Part shown: positions 33,828-43,556 of the stretch, one piece after another
Layout: each line of letters starts with the position of its first letter
Numbering within the stretch: position 1 is the first letter of the stretch
Assembly: GCF_965214355.1 (NCBI RefSeq)
Contig: NZ_CBDCBI010000001.1
Span: 9,587 to 73,586, forward strand
Direction of reading: 5' to 3'
DNA from: Novosphingobium sp.
GTDB taxonomy: Bacteria; Pseudomonadota; Alphaproteobacteria; Sphingomonadales; Sphingomonadaceae
Length of the DNA stretch: 64,000 nucleotides
Program-made: the position numbers and the translations under genes
The notes under the pieces: generated by a model
What the model saw: the letters and a program-made list of their open reading frames with translations, nothing else
What the model was told of the DNA's origin: nothing
The model's database searches: none

Positions 33828-34907
33828 ATGATGAGCACCAAAGGATCGCGCCGACAAAGCAGCGCACCTACGATCGCCGATGTTGCAGAGCATGCCGGCG
33901 TTTCGCCGATGACGGTCTCGCGCGTGATCAACGACCACAAAACCGTGCGTCCCGAAACGCGGGAACGTGTCGAACAGGCCATTGCCAAGCTGAATTACGA
34001 ACCCAGCCCGGCGGCGCGGACGCTGGCAGGTGCAAAAGAAACCCGTATCGGCCTGCTGTATTCCAACCCTTCGGCGTCGTACTTGTCCGAATTCCTGATG
34101 GGCAGCCTGGATCAGGCAAGTCGGCTCAACGTCCTGCTGACTGTTGAAAAATTTGCGGATGACATGACCGTCGACCGGGTCATCGACCACTTGCACCGGG
34201 CGCGCGTGTTTGGCGTGGTGCTGCCACCGCCGCTGTGCGATTCAAACGACATGCTCGCTGCGCTCAAGGCTGCATCGATCTACACGGTTGCCGTTGCCAC
34301 CGGCCATATCCGGACCGATGTGTCCTCGGTCAATATCGACGATCAGCTCGCCGCCGAGGAAATGACCCGCCATCTTTTGACGATGGGGCACAAGCGGATC
34401 GGGTTCATCAAGGGCAACCCCGATATCTCGGCGAGCGAACGCCGCTTTGCCGGATATTGCGCCGCGCTGGCAGAGGCGGGTGTGCCGTTCGATCCGGCGC
34501 TGGTTGCGCAAGGGCTGTTCACATACCGTTCTGGCCTCGATGCGTCGGAACACATCCTCGACCAGGCCGTGCCGCCCACCGCGATCTTTGCCAGCAACGA
34601 CGACATGGCAGCCGCAACCATGGCAATCGCGCATGGGCGCGGGCTCGATGTGCCCGGCGACCTTACCGTTTGCGGGTTTGACGATACCCCGCTGGCGACC
34701 GCAATCTGGCCCGAATTGACGACAATCCGCCAACCGATCAGCGATATGGCGCGCTCGGCGGTGGATCTGCTGGTCCAGCACCTGCGCAATGGCACCCCGG
34801 CCGACGACGCGGATCCCGCAGAGGCGGTGACCCACGTCCGCATGGATTATCAGTTTGTCCGCCGGCAATCCGACGCCGCGCCAAGGCGCAAGCCGCGCAA
34901 GCGTTAG
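33828..34907 (+). CDS. xylR: LacI-family transcriptional regulator, probable XylR
   Basis: PTIADVAEHAGVSPMTVSRVIN, LNYEPS, IFASNDDMA and ELTTIRQP; located centrally among the operator-bearing genes. Confidence 0.88.
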   Translation: MMSTKGSRRQSSAPTIADVAEHAGVSPMTVSRVINDHKTVRPETRERVEQAIAKLNYEPSPAARTLAGAKETRIGLLYSNPSASYLSEFLMGSLDQASRLNVLLTVEKFADDMTVDRVIDHLHRARVFGVVLPPPLCDSNDMLAALKAASIYTVAVATGHIRTDVSSVNIDDQLAAEEMTRHLLTMGHKRIGFIKGNPDISASERRFAGYCAALAEAGVPFDPALVAQGLFTYRSGLDASEHILDQAVPPTAIFASNDDMAAATMAIAHGRGLDVPGDLTVCGFDDTPLATAIWPELTTIRQPISDMARSAVDLLVQHLRNGTPADDADPAEAVTHVRMDYQFVRRQSDAAPRRKPRKR

Positions 34908-37399
34908 AACGTTTCCGCCGCAGCCGCCGTCGCAGCGCGCGCTGCAAGAATGTACGCAGCCGTCGTGCTGACCGTGTATTCGTTTTCGAACCACAGGAAT
35001 GGCCAGTCGGTCTTTACTTCGGGAAAGTCCGGCTTGATGACAACCATGCCGGGCTCCAGCCCGCCCGGGATGAACGTATAATCGGCGCGGTTGTGGCCAT
35101 AGCCGATCAGTTTCGACGCGGTTCCGACTGTCGATACGAATGACAGGTTGTTGGCCGGATGGCGCCCGAGCACGTAATCGAGCGCGTCGAGCGTGTAGGC
35201 CGTGCCGACAATATCCGGAAAGGCCTTGTGCAGCATGTACATCGTCGTGCCGAAGCTGACGACCTGGTTGGAACCACCCCAACCGCCCATGCTGATCGGC
35301 ACGCCAAACGGATTGTGCCCGTCCGCGCCGTCCGCCCGGGCTTTGATCGCCCTGACCAGCGGCACCAGTTGCGCGCGGTAATCTGCGTCCATGAACGGTA
35401 TCGCGCGCACTGCGACACTGGCGACTCCTTCGAAATTCTGCCGGATCACGGGCATCAGGGCGCGCAGCCGATCGGCATAGACCTTGTCGCCCTTGGTGGT
35501 CAGCAACAGTTCGATCGTCGCAGAGACATTGCTCATGTCCGGCGACCGTGCCCAGGTGCCGTCATCGCGCCCGTCGCCCGCTCGCAAGGTGCCCGATTGT
35601 TGCCGGGCCCACAGCGTCTTCGCCGCGGCAAGCGCCTGGGCCGCCATGGCCGGGTCACTGGCGGCCAGCGCCCGGCTGGCGCCGGCCAGCGCGCCTGCCA
35701 TCAGCAGGTCGTTGGCAGGATAGTCGGTCGTGAATGCCCAGCGATCGTCGGGAATCGCCGATGCCACACCGGTCTGCGTGTTGGGCTTGAGCGCGGCATC
35801 ATAGATCAGGCCATCGGTCTGCGACCCTGCCTCACCCAGATGGGCATATTGGCGCAACGCCGGATCGACGATGCCGACGATGGCGTGGCCAAACACCTTG
35901 TATTGCGCCAGCAGCTGCAGCGTGCCGTGCCGGATCTGCTGCACGGCATCCTCGATCCCGTCGGGCCGGCGAATTTCGACAGTCCGGGCAGTCTCGTCGA
36001 TGCTCGTTTCGTCCCAATCGAGCCCGAACAGTTCGCGCGCCCAGACCAGATCGCGCACGACCATCGTGTTTTCAGGCGTCTGGATATCGTAATCGCCCGC
36101 ATCCTGCCAGCCGCCGACGCTCAGGCCGGCGATATGCTCGCCCGGCTTGAACGGCGAATCGAGGTTTGCACCCATCTTGTAGGCATCGAAATGCACGATA
36201 TTCGGCGGTGCCTGCCGCGCATCGTCGAGGTGGGAAGGGGCTGTCCAGACGCGGTACTGTTCGCGCACGCCGATATGATCCATCTGTTCGGCGATGAACG
36301 TATCGAGCGATGCCTGCCAGATCCGCCCGTAGGCATCCGCCGAAATCCGGAACGGGTTGGTCGTGCTGCCCGCATAGGAAATTGCATAAATGCCGGGATC
36401 GCGCACCGACGAAAAATCGAAACTGGCATAGTTGTAGCGTGTCCACCGGCCTTGCGGTTTTATCGCGGCGCTCAACACCGTCTGGCGCGTGCCATCGGCC
36501 GCCAGTTTGACAAGTTGCGCCTCGCGCGGCGCGGAAAAATTGGGGTCGAGTTCGATCATCGCGATCTTGCTGCGGGTCGGGGTATAGCCGGACTGGTTGA
36601 ACGATACGACCGGCTGGCGCACCCAGTTCTTTATGACGTTGGGCCGCACGTGCCACACGATCGCATTGTCCCTGGCGCCGGCCGCGATCATCGAACGAAC
36701 GACAAACCAGCCGTTCTGGGCACGGTTGCGGGCGTCGTACAACATCAGTGGCGCCCCGTCGGAGGCGATCGTCACCCGCGTCAACGGGTCTTCGGGTGCC
36801 AGCGTCAGCGCATGGCCGCCCTCTGCGATCGGCAGTGGATCGCCCGATCCGTCCTTTGCCATGGGGCCGTCGGGATGGCGGGGAAACAGGCCCGGCGCGC
36901 GATCCATCAGGTATGTCTTGCCGAAATAGGTGGTCGGCAGAAAATCGAGATTGAACCCGGCTTTGCCCGCCAGGCTTTCCGGCAACGGCTGATCCAGGTC
37001 GACTGCGATGCGAAAGCCGTCACCCTCGGCGGTGACTTTGACCGTATAGGCGAGATTGGCGGCCTTGTATGCCGATCGCACGACGACCTGGTTCGGCTCC
37101 TTGCCGAGCGTGCGGCCGACAAATGCCGGGACCGGGGCCCATTGCTCCGGGGTGCGATCGAGCCGGACCGCCCCATCGGTGGCAATCCGGTCGCCATGCA
37201 GAATGATCTGGATGCCGGCATTTTTCTCGTCGAAAAAGATCGGGTTGAACTGGTTCTGATCGATCACGACGGTAAGGCCCTGCATCTCCAGCGTCTGGGC
37301 CGGCGTCACGGTCAACGCCTGGCCAAGCGCAACGGCCGGGCCGGCGAGCGCGCTGGCAGAGGCCAGCAAGGCGGTTCCCACGTATTTCAGCACCATCAA
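34904..37399 (-). CDS. Secreted GH9 family glycoside hydrolase with extra N-terminal domain
   Basis: Signal peptide; NQSGY (Ig-like domain), GGWQDAGDYD, LGRHP and WFENEY. Confidence 0.8.
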   Translation of the reverse strand: MMVLKYVGTALLASASALAGPAVALGQALTVTPAQTLEMQGLTVVIDQNQFNPIFFDEKNAGIQIILHGDRIATDGAVRLDRTPEQWAPVPAFVGRTLGKEPNQVVVRSAYKAANLAYTVKVTAEGDGFRIAVDLDQPLPESLAGKAGFNLDFLPTTYFGKTYLMDRAPGLFPRHPDGPMAKDGSGDPLPIAEGGHALTLAPEDPLTRVTIASDGAPLMLYDARNRAQNGWFVVRSMIAAGARDNAIVWHVRPNVIKNWVRQPVVSFNQSGYTPTRSKIAMIELDPNFSAPREAQLVKLAADGTRQTVLSAAIKPQGRWTRYNYASFDFSSVRDPGIYAISYAGSTTNPFRISADAYGRIWQASLDTFIAEQMDHIGVREQYRVWTAPSHLDDARQAPPNIVHFDAYKMGANLDSPFKPGEHIAGLSVGGWQDAGDYDIQTPENTMVVRDLVWARELFGLDWDETSIDETARTVEIRRPDGIEDAVQQIRHGTLQLLAQYKVFGHAIVGIVDPALRQYAHLGEAGSQTDGLIYDAALKPNTQTGVASAIPDDRWAFTTDYPANDLLMAGALAGASRALAASDPAMAAQALAAAKTLWARQQSGTLRAGDGRDDGTWARSPDMSNVSATIELLLTTKGDKVYADRLRALMPVIRQNFEGVASVAVRAIPFMDADYRAQLVPLVRAIKARADGADGHNPFGVPISMGGWGGSNQVVSFGTTMYMLHKAFPDIVGTAYTLDALDYVLGRHPANNLSFVSTVGTASKLIGYGHNRADYTFIPGGLEPGMVVIKPDFPEVKTDWPFLWFENEYTVSTTAAYILAARAATAAAAETF

Positions 37400-37452
37400 C
37401 TCCTGCTTTTATCGTATCGTTGCCTGCGGCCGGGATTTCTGGATGCGGCAGA

Positions 37453-38415
37453 TTACCCCGCTGGTTTCACCCACCCGTGCATCGTCATCCAGCGCACGAA
37501 TTCGTCGAACCAGCCGGTGCTCGTCGTCGGCTTCTGATACATGCCAAAGCCGTGGCCGCCCTGTTCGAAGAAATGCAGTTCGACCGGGCGCTTCGCCGCG
37601 CGCCAGGCATCGATCAGGCCAAACCCGCTGTTGCCGAAATACGGGTCATCGGTGGCCAGCGCGACAAACAGCGGGGGCGCATCCGCCGGGACGGTCATCG
37701 CTGTCATCGGGCCATAGATATCGCCGACAAAGGCTGGTTTCACATCGGTCGCGCGCAATGTCGTTGCCATCGTCAGCATGGCGCCTGCCGAAAAGCCGAT
37801 CATTCCGATGCGCGCGGGATCGATATGCCATTTACCCGACCGCTGCCGGATCAGCGCGAATGCTGCGCGCGCGTCGGCGATCTGCGGGTCGATATCCGCC
37901 ATCATGGCGCTGGCATCGGGTCGTGGCCGGTTGGTCCCGGATGTGGCGGCAGGTGGCGCGGCAAAAGTGGCTAGATCCTGCGGTGTCTGATGCAACCGGT
38001 ATTTCAGGACGAAGGCGGCAACGCCCCTGGCCGCGAGCGCGCGTGCGACGTCCCACCCTTCGTTTTCCATCGACAGCGACTGAAATCCGCCACCAGGCGC
38101 CACCACGACCGCGGTCCCTGTGGCCTTGGCCGGATCGGGCAGAAACGGCGTCAGAGTCGCGGCCGTCACATTGCGGGCAAACATGCTGCCATACTGGCTG
38201 TGCCATGCTTCGGGCGCTTTGGCTCCGGCGACACCGCCTGTGTTCAACGCAATCGCACCGGGCTGTGCCGGGATGGCGATGGTGGTCATGTGATCGTTCT
38301 GCGCCACGACCGGGGTTGCGATCATGCACCCGATCGCTGCATTGCAAAGCCAAACCGCCGTGCGAATACCGCGCGCCGATCGACGCAATGGCGTCATGCC
38401 AAAGGCTCGAATCAT
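37453..38415 (-). CDS. Secreted alpha/beta hydrolase (probable carbohydrate esterase)
   Basis: VVAPGGGF, LKYRL, GFSAG nucleophile elbow and GGHGFG. Confidence 0.85.
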   Translation of the reverse strand: MIRAFGMTPLRRSARGIRTAVWLCNAAIGCMIATPVVAQNDHMTTIAIPAQPGAIALNTGGVAGAKAPEAWHSQYGSMFARNVTAATLTPFLPDPAKATGTAVVVAPGGGFQSLSMENEGWDVARALAARGVAAFVLKYRLHQTPQDLATFAAPPAATSGTNRPRPDASAMMADIDPQIADARAAFALIRQRSGKWHIDPARIGMIGFSAGAMLTMATTLRATDVKPAFVGDIYGPMTAMTVPADAPPLFVALATDDPYFGNSGFGLIDAWRAAKRPVELHFFEQGGHGFGMYQKPTTSTGWFDEFVRWMTMHGWVKPAG

Positions 38416-38454
38416 CGCATCTCTCCGTCGTTGTTCTTATGCCGGCCGGTGTAG

Positions 38455-38468
38455 CGGTAGCGCTACCA
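38455..38468. promoter_or_regulatory. XylR operator 4
   Basis: CGGTAGCGCTACCA upstream of the esterase-GH9 pair. Confidence 0.8.
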
Positions 38469-38503
38469 TCTGACAATCCCCGGCAGATGGCTGGCGTGCC
38501 CGG

Positions 38504-40102
38504 TTACTGCAGATCGAGCACGACCACCGACATCGGCGGCAGTGCAACCGCCAGTGCGCCGCCTTTCACTTGCGCGCCGTGGAACGGCATCGGCACAAGC
38601 GCATCGGGGTGATCGAAATCGTTGTGCGCGTCCATCGCCAGTGCGGTCAGGATACGCCCGGAAACCGAGCCGGGGCGCAGACCCGCCAAGGTCATGGCAA
38701 CCGGTATCGCGCGGTGCGGATCGAGATTGGCCAGCGCGACATGCATCCGCCCGCCCGTGTCGCGCACCGCCGAGGCACTGATCGCGGGCAGGGCGGTGTC
38801 GCCGTTGCGATAGACCGGCGATTGCAGATCGATCGGCAGCGTCGTTGCATCCTGCCAGGGCTTGTACAGGTCGAACACCCAGTACGTCGGCGTCTTGACC
38901 ATGCGAACGCCATCGGTCAGCAGCATCGCCTGCAGCACGTTGACCATCTGCGCGATCGCCGCCATTTTCACGCGGTCTGCATGATGCGCAAAAATGTTGA
39001 GGTTCAGCGCGGCGACAACGGCATCGCGCAGGCTGTTCTGCTGGACCAGGAAGCCCGGATTGGTGCCGGGCGCCGGGTCGTACCACGTGCCCCACTCGTC
39101 AACGACCAGCCAGGTCTTTTTGGCCGGGTCGTATTTGTCCATGATCGCCGAATGGCGCGTGACGAACTCTTCCATCTGCAAGGTATGCGCCATCGTTGCC
39201 GCCCACTCGCGTTCGGTGAAGCCCAGCGCCGGTCCCTTGTCGTTCCAGTTGGCATCACGCGGGCGGGTGTAATAATGCAGCGACAGGCCGTCGATAGCCT
39301 TGCCCGCCAGACGCATCATCGTGTCGGTCCATTCATAATTGGAATCGCTCGGCCCGCTGGCAATCTTCAGCATCGGTCCCGCGCCCGATTTGGCAAACTG
39401 GGCATAGCGATTGGTCAGGTCCGCTGCATATTCGGCGCGCATATTGCCGCCGCATCCCCACAGCTCGTTGCCCACGCCCAGGTACGTCACCTTGAACGGC
39501 GCGGGATGGCCGTTTGCGGCGCGTTCCTTGGCCAGGGTCGATCCGGTCGGGGACGTCAGATATTCGATCCACGCGGCCGTTTCGCTCGGCGGCGCACTGC
39601 CGACGTTGGCCGACACATAGGCCTCTGCGCCCAGCCGTTCGACAAAACCCATGTATTCCTGCGTTCCGAACGCATTGTCTTCGTTTACACCGCCCCAATT
39701 GGTGTTGATCTTGACCGGGCGCGCGGCGGCCGGCCCGATGCCGTCGCGCCAGTGGTATTCGTCGGCAAAGCATCCGCCGGGCCAGCGCACCACCGGGACC
39801 TTGATCGCGCGCAACGCCGCGATGACATCGCTGCGATAACCGTGGTCGTTGGGTATTGCCGAATTCGCGCCGACCCAGACCCCGCCGTAGATCCCGTGCC
39901 CCAGATGTTCGGCGAACTGGCCAAACACCTGGCGGTTCATGACCGGCCCGGGGCGGTCGGCATGGATCGTCCCCGTCGCCGTCTCGGTTGCGGCGCCGGG
40001 CGCGGCCCCGGGCGCGGCTTGCGCCAGGACCATCGGCGCGGCCATCGCCGTCGCCAGACCGAGGATGGCGGTGATCCCGCGCAAGGGGGGCTTTGCAAAC
40101 AT
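38504..40102 (-). CDS. abfA: GH51 alpha-L-arabinofuranosidase
   Basis: GQFAEHLG, VRWPGGCFADEYHW, GVGNELWGCGG and VDEWGTW; signal peptide from ATG 40102. Confidence 0.92.
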   Translation of the reverse strand: MFAKPPLRGITAILGLATAMAAPMVLAQAAPGAAPGAATETATGTIHADRPGPVMNRQVFGQFAEHLGHGIYGGVWVGANSAIPNDHGYRSDVIAALRAIKVPVVRWPGGCFADEYHWRDGIGPAAARPVKINTNWGGVNEDNAFGTQEYMGFVERLGAEAYVSANVGSAPPSETAAWIEYLTSPTGSTLAKERAANGHPAPFKVTYLGVGNELWGCGGNMRAEYAADLTNRYAQFAKSGAGPMLKIASGPSDSNYEWTDTMMRLAGKAIDGLSLHYYTRPRDANWNDKGPALGFTEREWAATMAHTLQMEEFVTRHSAIMDKYDPAKKTWLVVDEWGTWYDPAPGTNPGFLVQQNSLRDAVVAALNLNIFAHHADRVKMAAIAQMVNVLQAMLLTDGVRMVKTPTYWVFDLYKPWQDATTLPIDLQSPVYRNGDTALPAISASAVRDTGGRMHVALANLDPHRAIPVAMTLAGLRPGSVSGRILTALAMDAHNDFDHPDALVPMPFHGAQVKGGALAVALPPMSVVVLDLQ

Positions 40103-40154
40103 GGCAATCCTTCTCTCGTGGTGGGTCGGCCCGGCCCGGTGGGCGCAGGGCCGT

Positions 40155-41168
40155 CTAGTGCAGGTTGCGCAGCAGATGCATGACGCGTGCCCGGATCGCG
40201 CCGTAGTTCTGCCGCAGCGGGCCGAGCAGGCCGTGCTTGTCCGGGGGCAAATGCGCCAGCGGGTGCCCGTCTTGGCGAAAGACATAGTGATCGAAAAACG
40301 CGCGCCAGGCGTTGCGCTCCGCCAGCGGCCGCTCGCTCATCGTGATCATGGCCAGCAGCAGTGCGGTATAGGGCGAATCCGGTCCGGCGGCGAAAGCATC
40401 CCACCAGTAATTGACCAGGCCATTGACCGGCGCGGTCGCCTCGACTTTGTGCCACCACAACTTGGGCAGATACAGCGCATCGCCCGCGGCAAGATCGGCC
40501 ACCAGCATCCGTTCGCGTGCATGCGCAAAGCGCGGATAGGCGCCGGCGTCGCCCGACGATGCGGCCAGGCTGACCGGTTGCCCCGCCATCGTGTGGTCGA
40601 TCGGCCCGACATACAGATTGCCGATGGTATCGGGCGGAAACAGCGTAAACCGCCGTTCGCCGGCGACGACACAGGCCAGATTGTCGAGCGTGTCATAATG
40701 CGCAGAAACCGTCGAAGCGTGGCCAAGCCACAGCCGTGGCGCAATCGCCGGCGCCAGCAACGGCATCGGGTTGGCCTGTGCAAACCCCGTCAGATACGCT
40801 TCTGCCGGGATCGACCCGATATAGATCGTGTCGTCGCCCATTGCGGGCGGAGACAGTATCGCCGCAATGGCATCGCGCAATTGCATGGTGCGGCGCTCGA
40901 AATTGAAGCCGGCCAGGTCGTCGTTGTAGTAGTACGTGCCCTTGATCTGCGGCGAACCGATGAAGGCCTCGACGTCGCCGGTCGCGGCAAACTGGTCCAG
41001 ATAGGCGCTCAATGCCTGATCAGAGTGCGTGGCGGCGCGGGTGATCGGCCATTGCGTAACCAGGCCGCGAATGATGACCGGGCGGCATCCGGCCACGACC
41101 TCTGCGTAAAATTGCGCAGGATCGCGCAAGCTGGCGCCGTCGATCGTGGCAGGCGAGTGCCCTGTCAT
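40155..41168 (-). CDS. Cupin-like (JmjC/Cupin_8) protein
   Basis: RLWLG, AHYDTLDNLACVV (HxD), RRFTLFPP, LYLPKLWWHKV and VNYWW. Confidence 0.85.
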   Translation of the reverse strand: MTGHSPATIDGASLRDPAQFYAEVVAGCRPVIIRGLVTQWPITRAATHSDQALSAYLDQFAATGDVEAFIGSPQIKGTYYYNDDLAGFNFERRTMQLRDAIAAILSPPAMGDDTIYIGSIPAEAYLTGFAQANPMPLLAPAIAPRLWLGHASTVSAHYDTLDNLACVVAGERRFTLFPPDTIGNLYVGPIDHTMAGQPVSLAASSGDAGAYPRFAHARERMLVADLAAGDALYLPKLWWHKVEATAPVNGLVNYWWDAFAAGPDSPYTALLLAMITMSERPLAERNAWRAFFDHYVFRQDGHPLAHLPPDKHGLLGPLRQNYGAIRARVMHLLRNLH

Positions 41169-41187
41169 CGCGCACGCATGGGGGATA

Positions 41188-41886
41188 TCAACCCAGATCC
41201 AGCAAGGCGCGGTTTTTCATCTGGGCAAGCCCGTTGACGTGCCTGACCGATGCCATCATCAGATAGATCAGCTTCAGATACCCGCGCCGAAAGAGATCGG
41301 TGACCACGGCATCGTCCAGCTGCTGCAAGGTGTCCTGGCTGATGGTGTAGAGCCCCACCACATCACGCCGCGTTCCGTCATCGAATGCTACATCGATCGC
41401 AATCGGCTCGATCAGCTTGTGCTGCAACAGCGTGTCGATAAACGCCCTGGTCGCAGTTGCCCCGGTCGTCAGCGCCCGCATCGTGCCCACAATGCTGTCA
41501 AGGTACGGGCTGGCCGATCCGTCGGGGCCAAACAGCGGCTGCCCTTCCATCCGGCTTATGCGCGGATGATCGAGGTCGATGGCCAACTCGTTGCCCGCTG
41601 TGAAAAACGGCCCACGCTGCAGATTGAGCGGACGATAGATGTCAAGCGGCGCACGCTTGCCCAGAAACAGGTTCTCTTCTTCATCGAAGCCCATCATCGC
41701 ACCGCAGTAAAAAGCTCCGGTATCGGCATCTTTTGAGAAGAAGAGCGGGTAATGCAGTATCAGATTGGTAAATTCCGGCAAAACCACCGGCACGAAGCGT
41801 ACCGCATCGCCAAGATGCGCTGCGCTATCCGTTTTGATACGAATATCCTTGTGGGCTTCACCATTGAGCACTGCGATATTTGGCAT
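41188..41886 (-). CDS. SapC family protein
   Basis: VPVVLPEF, HYPLFFSK, MGFDEEENLF and RGPF; located between the halogenase and cupin genes. Confidence 0.82.
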   Translation of the reverse strand: MPNIAVLNGEAHKDIRIKTDSAAHLGDAVRFVPVVLPEFTNLILHYPLFFSKDADTGAFYCGAMMGFDEEENLFLGKRAPLDIYRPLNLQRGPFFTAGNELAIDLDHPRISRMEGQPLFGPDGSASPYLDSIVGTMRALTTGATATRAFIDTLLQHKLIEPIAIDVAFDDGTRRDVVGLYTISQDTLQQLDDAVVTDLFRRGYLKLIYLMMASVRHVNGLAQMKNRALLDLG

Positions 41887-41906
41887 ACGGGAAGGACAGT
41901 CCAAAG

Positions 41907-43448
41907 CTAAATTGCCTGAAAGCCGTATTGATGTATCTTGGCGATCAGATCACGGTTTTTCGGCAGTTGTGTCCGCATTTTTCGCGTGAGGGCGGTATTT
42001 TCCTGAAACATGCGTGCTGCAATCAATGACGATCGGGCGTTTTCGTCCGGCTCGACTTCGGTTTTGAAGCCCATGCCGTACAAGACGTATTGATAGCTGG
42101 CGGCGGGAAAAACCTCCTCCAGACGGTCGAATTCGTCAAAAAACCACGGCGACTGGTATTTCCACAGCGTCAGCAGATTTTTTAACCGATCGGGAATGCT
42201 GGATGCTTCCAGATTGTCGCGCCAGAACGGCGTGTCGGTCCGCTTGGTCAGCACATAATGCAGTTTCAGGAAATCGATGATCCGACCCCAACGGTAGGAA
42301 GTCGTCTCGTTGAACCGCGCTGCGATTATGTCCATCACTTCGCGGTTGGCCGGCATCTGCTCTGCGATCAATTTGGCCGACAGCTCGACCAGGACGATCG
42401 CCGATGCCTCCAGCGGTTCGAGAAAACCTGCCGCCAGACCCACTGCAACGCAATTCTTTTTCCAGAACACCTCCCGGTGCCCCGAACGGATCGGAATTTT
42501 GCGGACCGTATTGCGCTGATGACTTTTGCCGACATAGCGCATCAGCTCGTTATGCGCCTGGTCTTCGCTGATATGGTTGCTGGAATAGACATGGCCCACG
42601 CCGCGCCGCGTGGGCAGGCCGATATCCCAGATCCACCCTGCGCTTTGCGCGGTCGACAGCGTTTCCGATGCCATGGGGGCATCCTGCGTATCGTAATCGA
42701 CCTGTACGGCCAGCGCCGTGTCGCAAAACAGCACGTCGCTGCAATCCTTGAACCCGACGCCCAGCGTCTTGCCCAGCAATAGCGACGAAAAACCGGTACA
42801 GTCGATGAACAGATCCCCGGCGATTTCGCCGGCTTCCCGCGTCAGCACGCTGGCGATATCACCCGTATCGGTCTGGTTGACGGCCACGACGTCTGCGAGC
42901 ACGTGGCGGACATGCAGCTTTTCCGTGCAGTGTTTCTGCAGGAACGGCGCAAACTTGCCCGCGTCGAGATGATACGCATAATTTGCCATCGCGTCATATT
43001 CGGCGGTCGCGATCGTCTTAGGCGCCAGGCCCTCGTCGCACAGCACGCCCTGCGGGCTGACCGCGTCGCAAAACGTGCCGACCTGCTCTGCTGCCAGCCA
43101 GTGCGGCGCCAGATTCATCTGGGTAAAGCCCTGCGGCATCATCAGCGGGTGATGATAGGCATCGCCTTGCGCACCCGTCGTCCAATGGGCAAACTTTGCG
43201 CCCTGTTTGAACGCCACGTCGCAATGACGGAAAAACTCGGTTTCCGACACACCCATCTTGGCCAGCGTCGAGCGCATCGTCGGCCAGGTGCCTTCGCCTA
43301 CGCCGATAATGCTGACCGTCGGGGATTCGACCAGAGTGACGGTAAAGCCCGACTTCATAAGGCCCTGGTGGCGGGCGGCAATGACGCCGGCCGTCAGCCA
43401 TCCGGCCGTACCGCCACCAACGATCACGATATTCTTTACTGCGTGCAC
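41907..43448 (-). CDS. Tryptophan-halogenase-family flavin-dependent enzyme
   Basis: IVIVGGGTAGW, IGVGEGT, FKQG (catalytic-Lys region), FIDCTGF, GWIWDIG and FLEPLEAS; GTG start at 43448. Confidence 0.9.
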   Translation of the reverse strand: MHAVKNIVIVGGGTAGWLTAGVIAARHQGLMKSGFTVTLVESPTVSIIGVGEGTWPTMRSTLAKMGVSETEFFRHCDVAFKQGAKFAHWTTGAQGDAYHHPLMMPQGFTQMNLAPHWLAAEQVGTFCDAVSPQGVLCDEGLAPKTIATAEYDAMANYAYHLDAGKFAPFLQKHCTEKLHVRHVLADVVAVNQTDTGDIASVLTREAGEIAGDLFIDCTGFSSLLLGKTLGVGFKDCSDVLFCDTALAVQVDYDTQDAPMASETLSTAQSAGWIWDIGLPTRRGVGHVYSSNHISEDQAHNELMRYVGKSHQRNTVRKIPIRSGHREVFWKKNCVAVGLAAGFLEPLEASAIVLVELSAKLIAEQMPANREVMDIIAARFNETTSYRWGRIIDFLKLHYVLTKRTDTPFWRDNLEASSIPDRLKNLLTLWKYQSPWFFDEFDRLEEVFPAASYQYVLYGMGFKTEVEPDENARSSLIAARMFQENTALTRKMRTQLPKNRDLIAKIHQYGFQAI

Positions 43449-43508
43449 GGCAACCACCATCAAAACGCAAGGGTAACGCACGATCCGAAATTCCGGCCAG
43501 ACAAAAAT

Positions 43509-43534
43509 GGGGTTGCTCCCGAAAGAGCAACCCC
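43509..43534 (-). terminator. Intrinsic terminator after the TonB-dependent receptor gene
   Basis: GGGGTTGCTC-CCGAAA-GAGCAACCCC stem, followed on the minus strand by ATTTTT. Confidence 0.75.
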
Positions 43535-43556
43535 GGATTTGGAAAACCTTGCCGGC

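Noticed and set aside
26633-37537. Long antisense ORFs over xylA, xylB, the SASA esterase and GH9 (e.g. 26633-28774, 35159-37537)
   Set aside because: They lie entirely opposite well-supported genes and have no family motifs.
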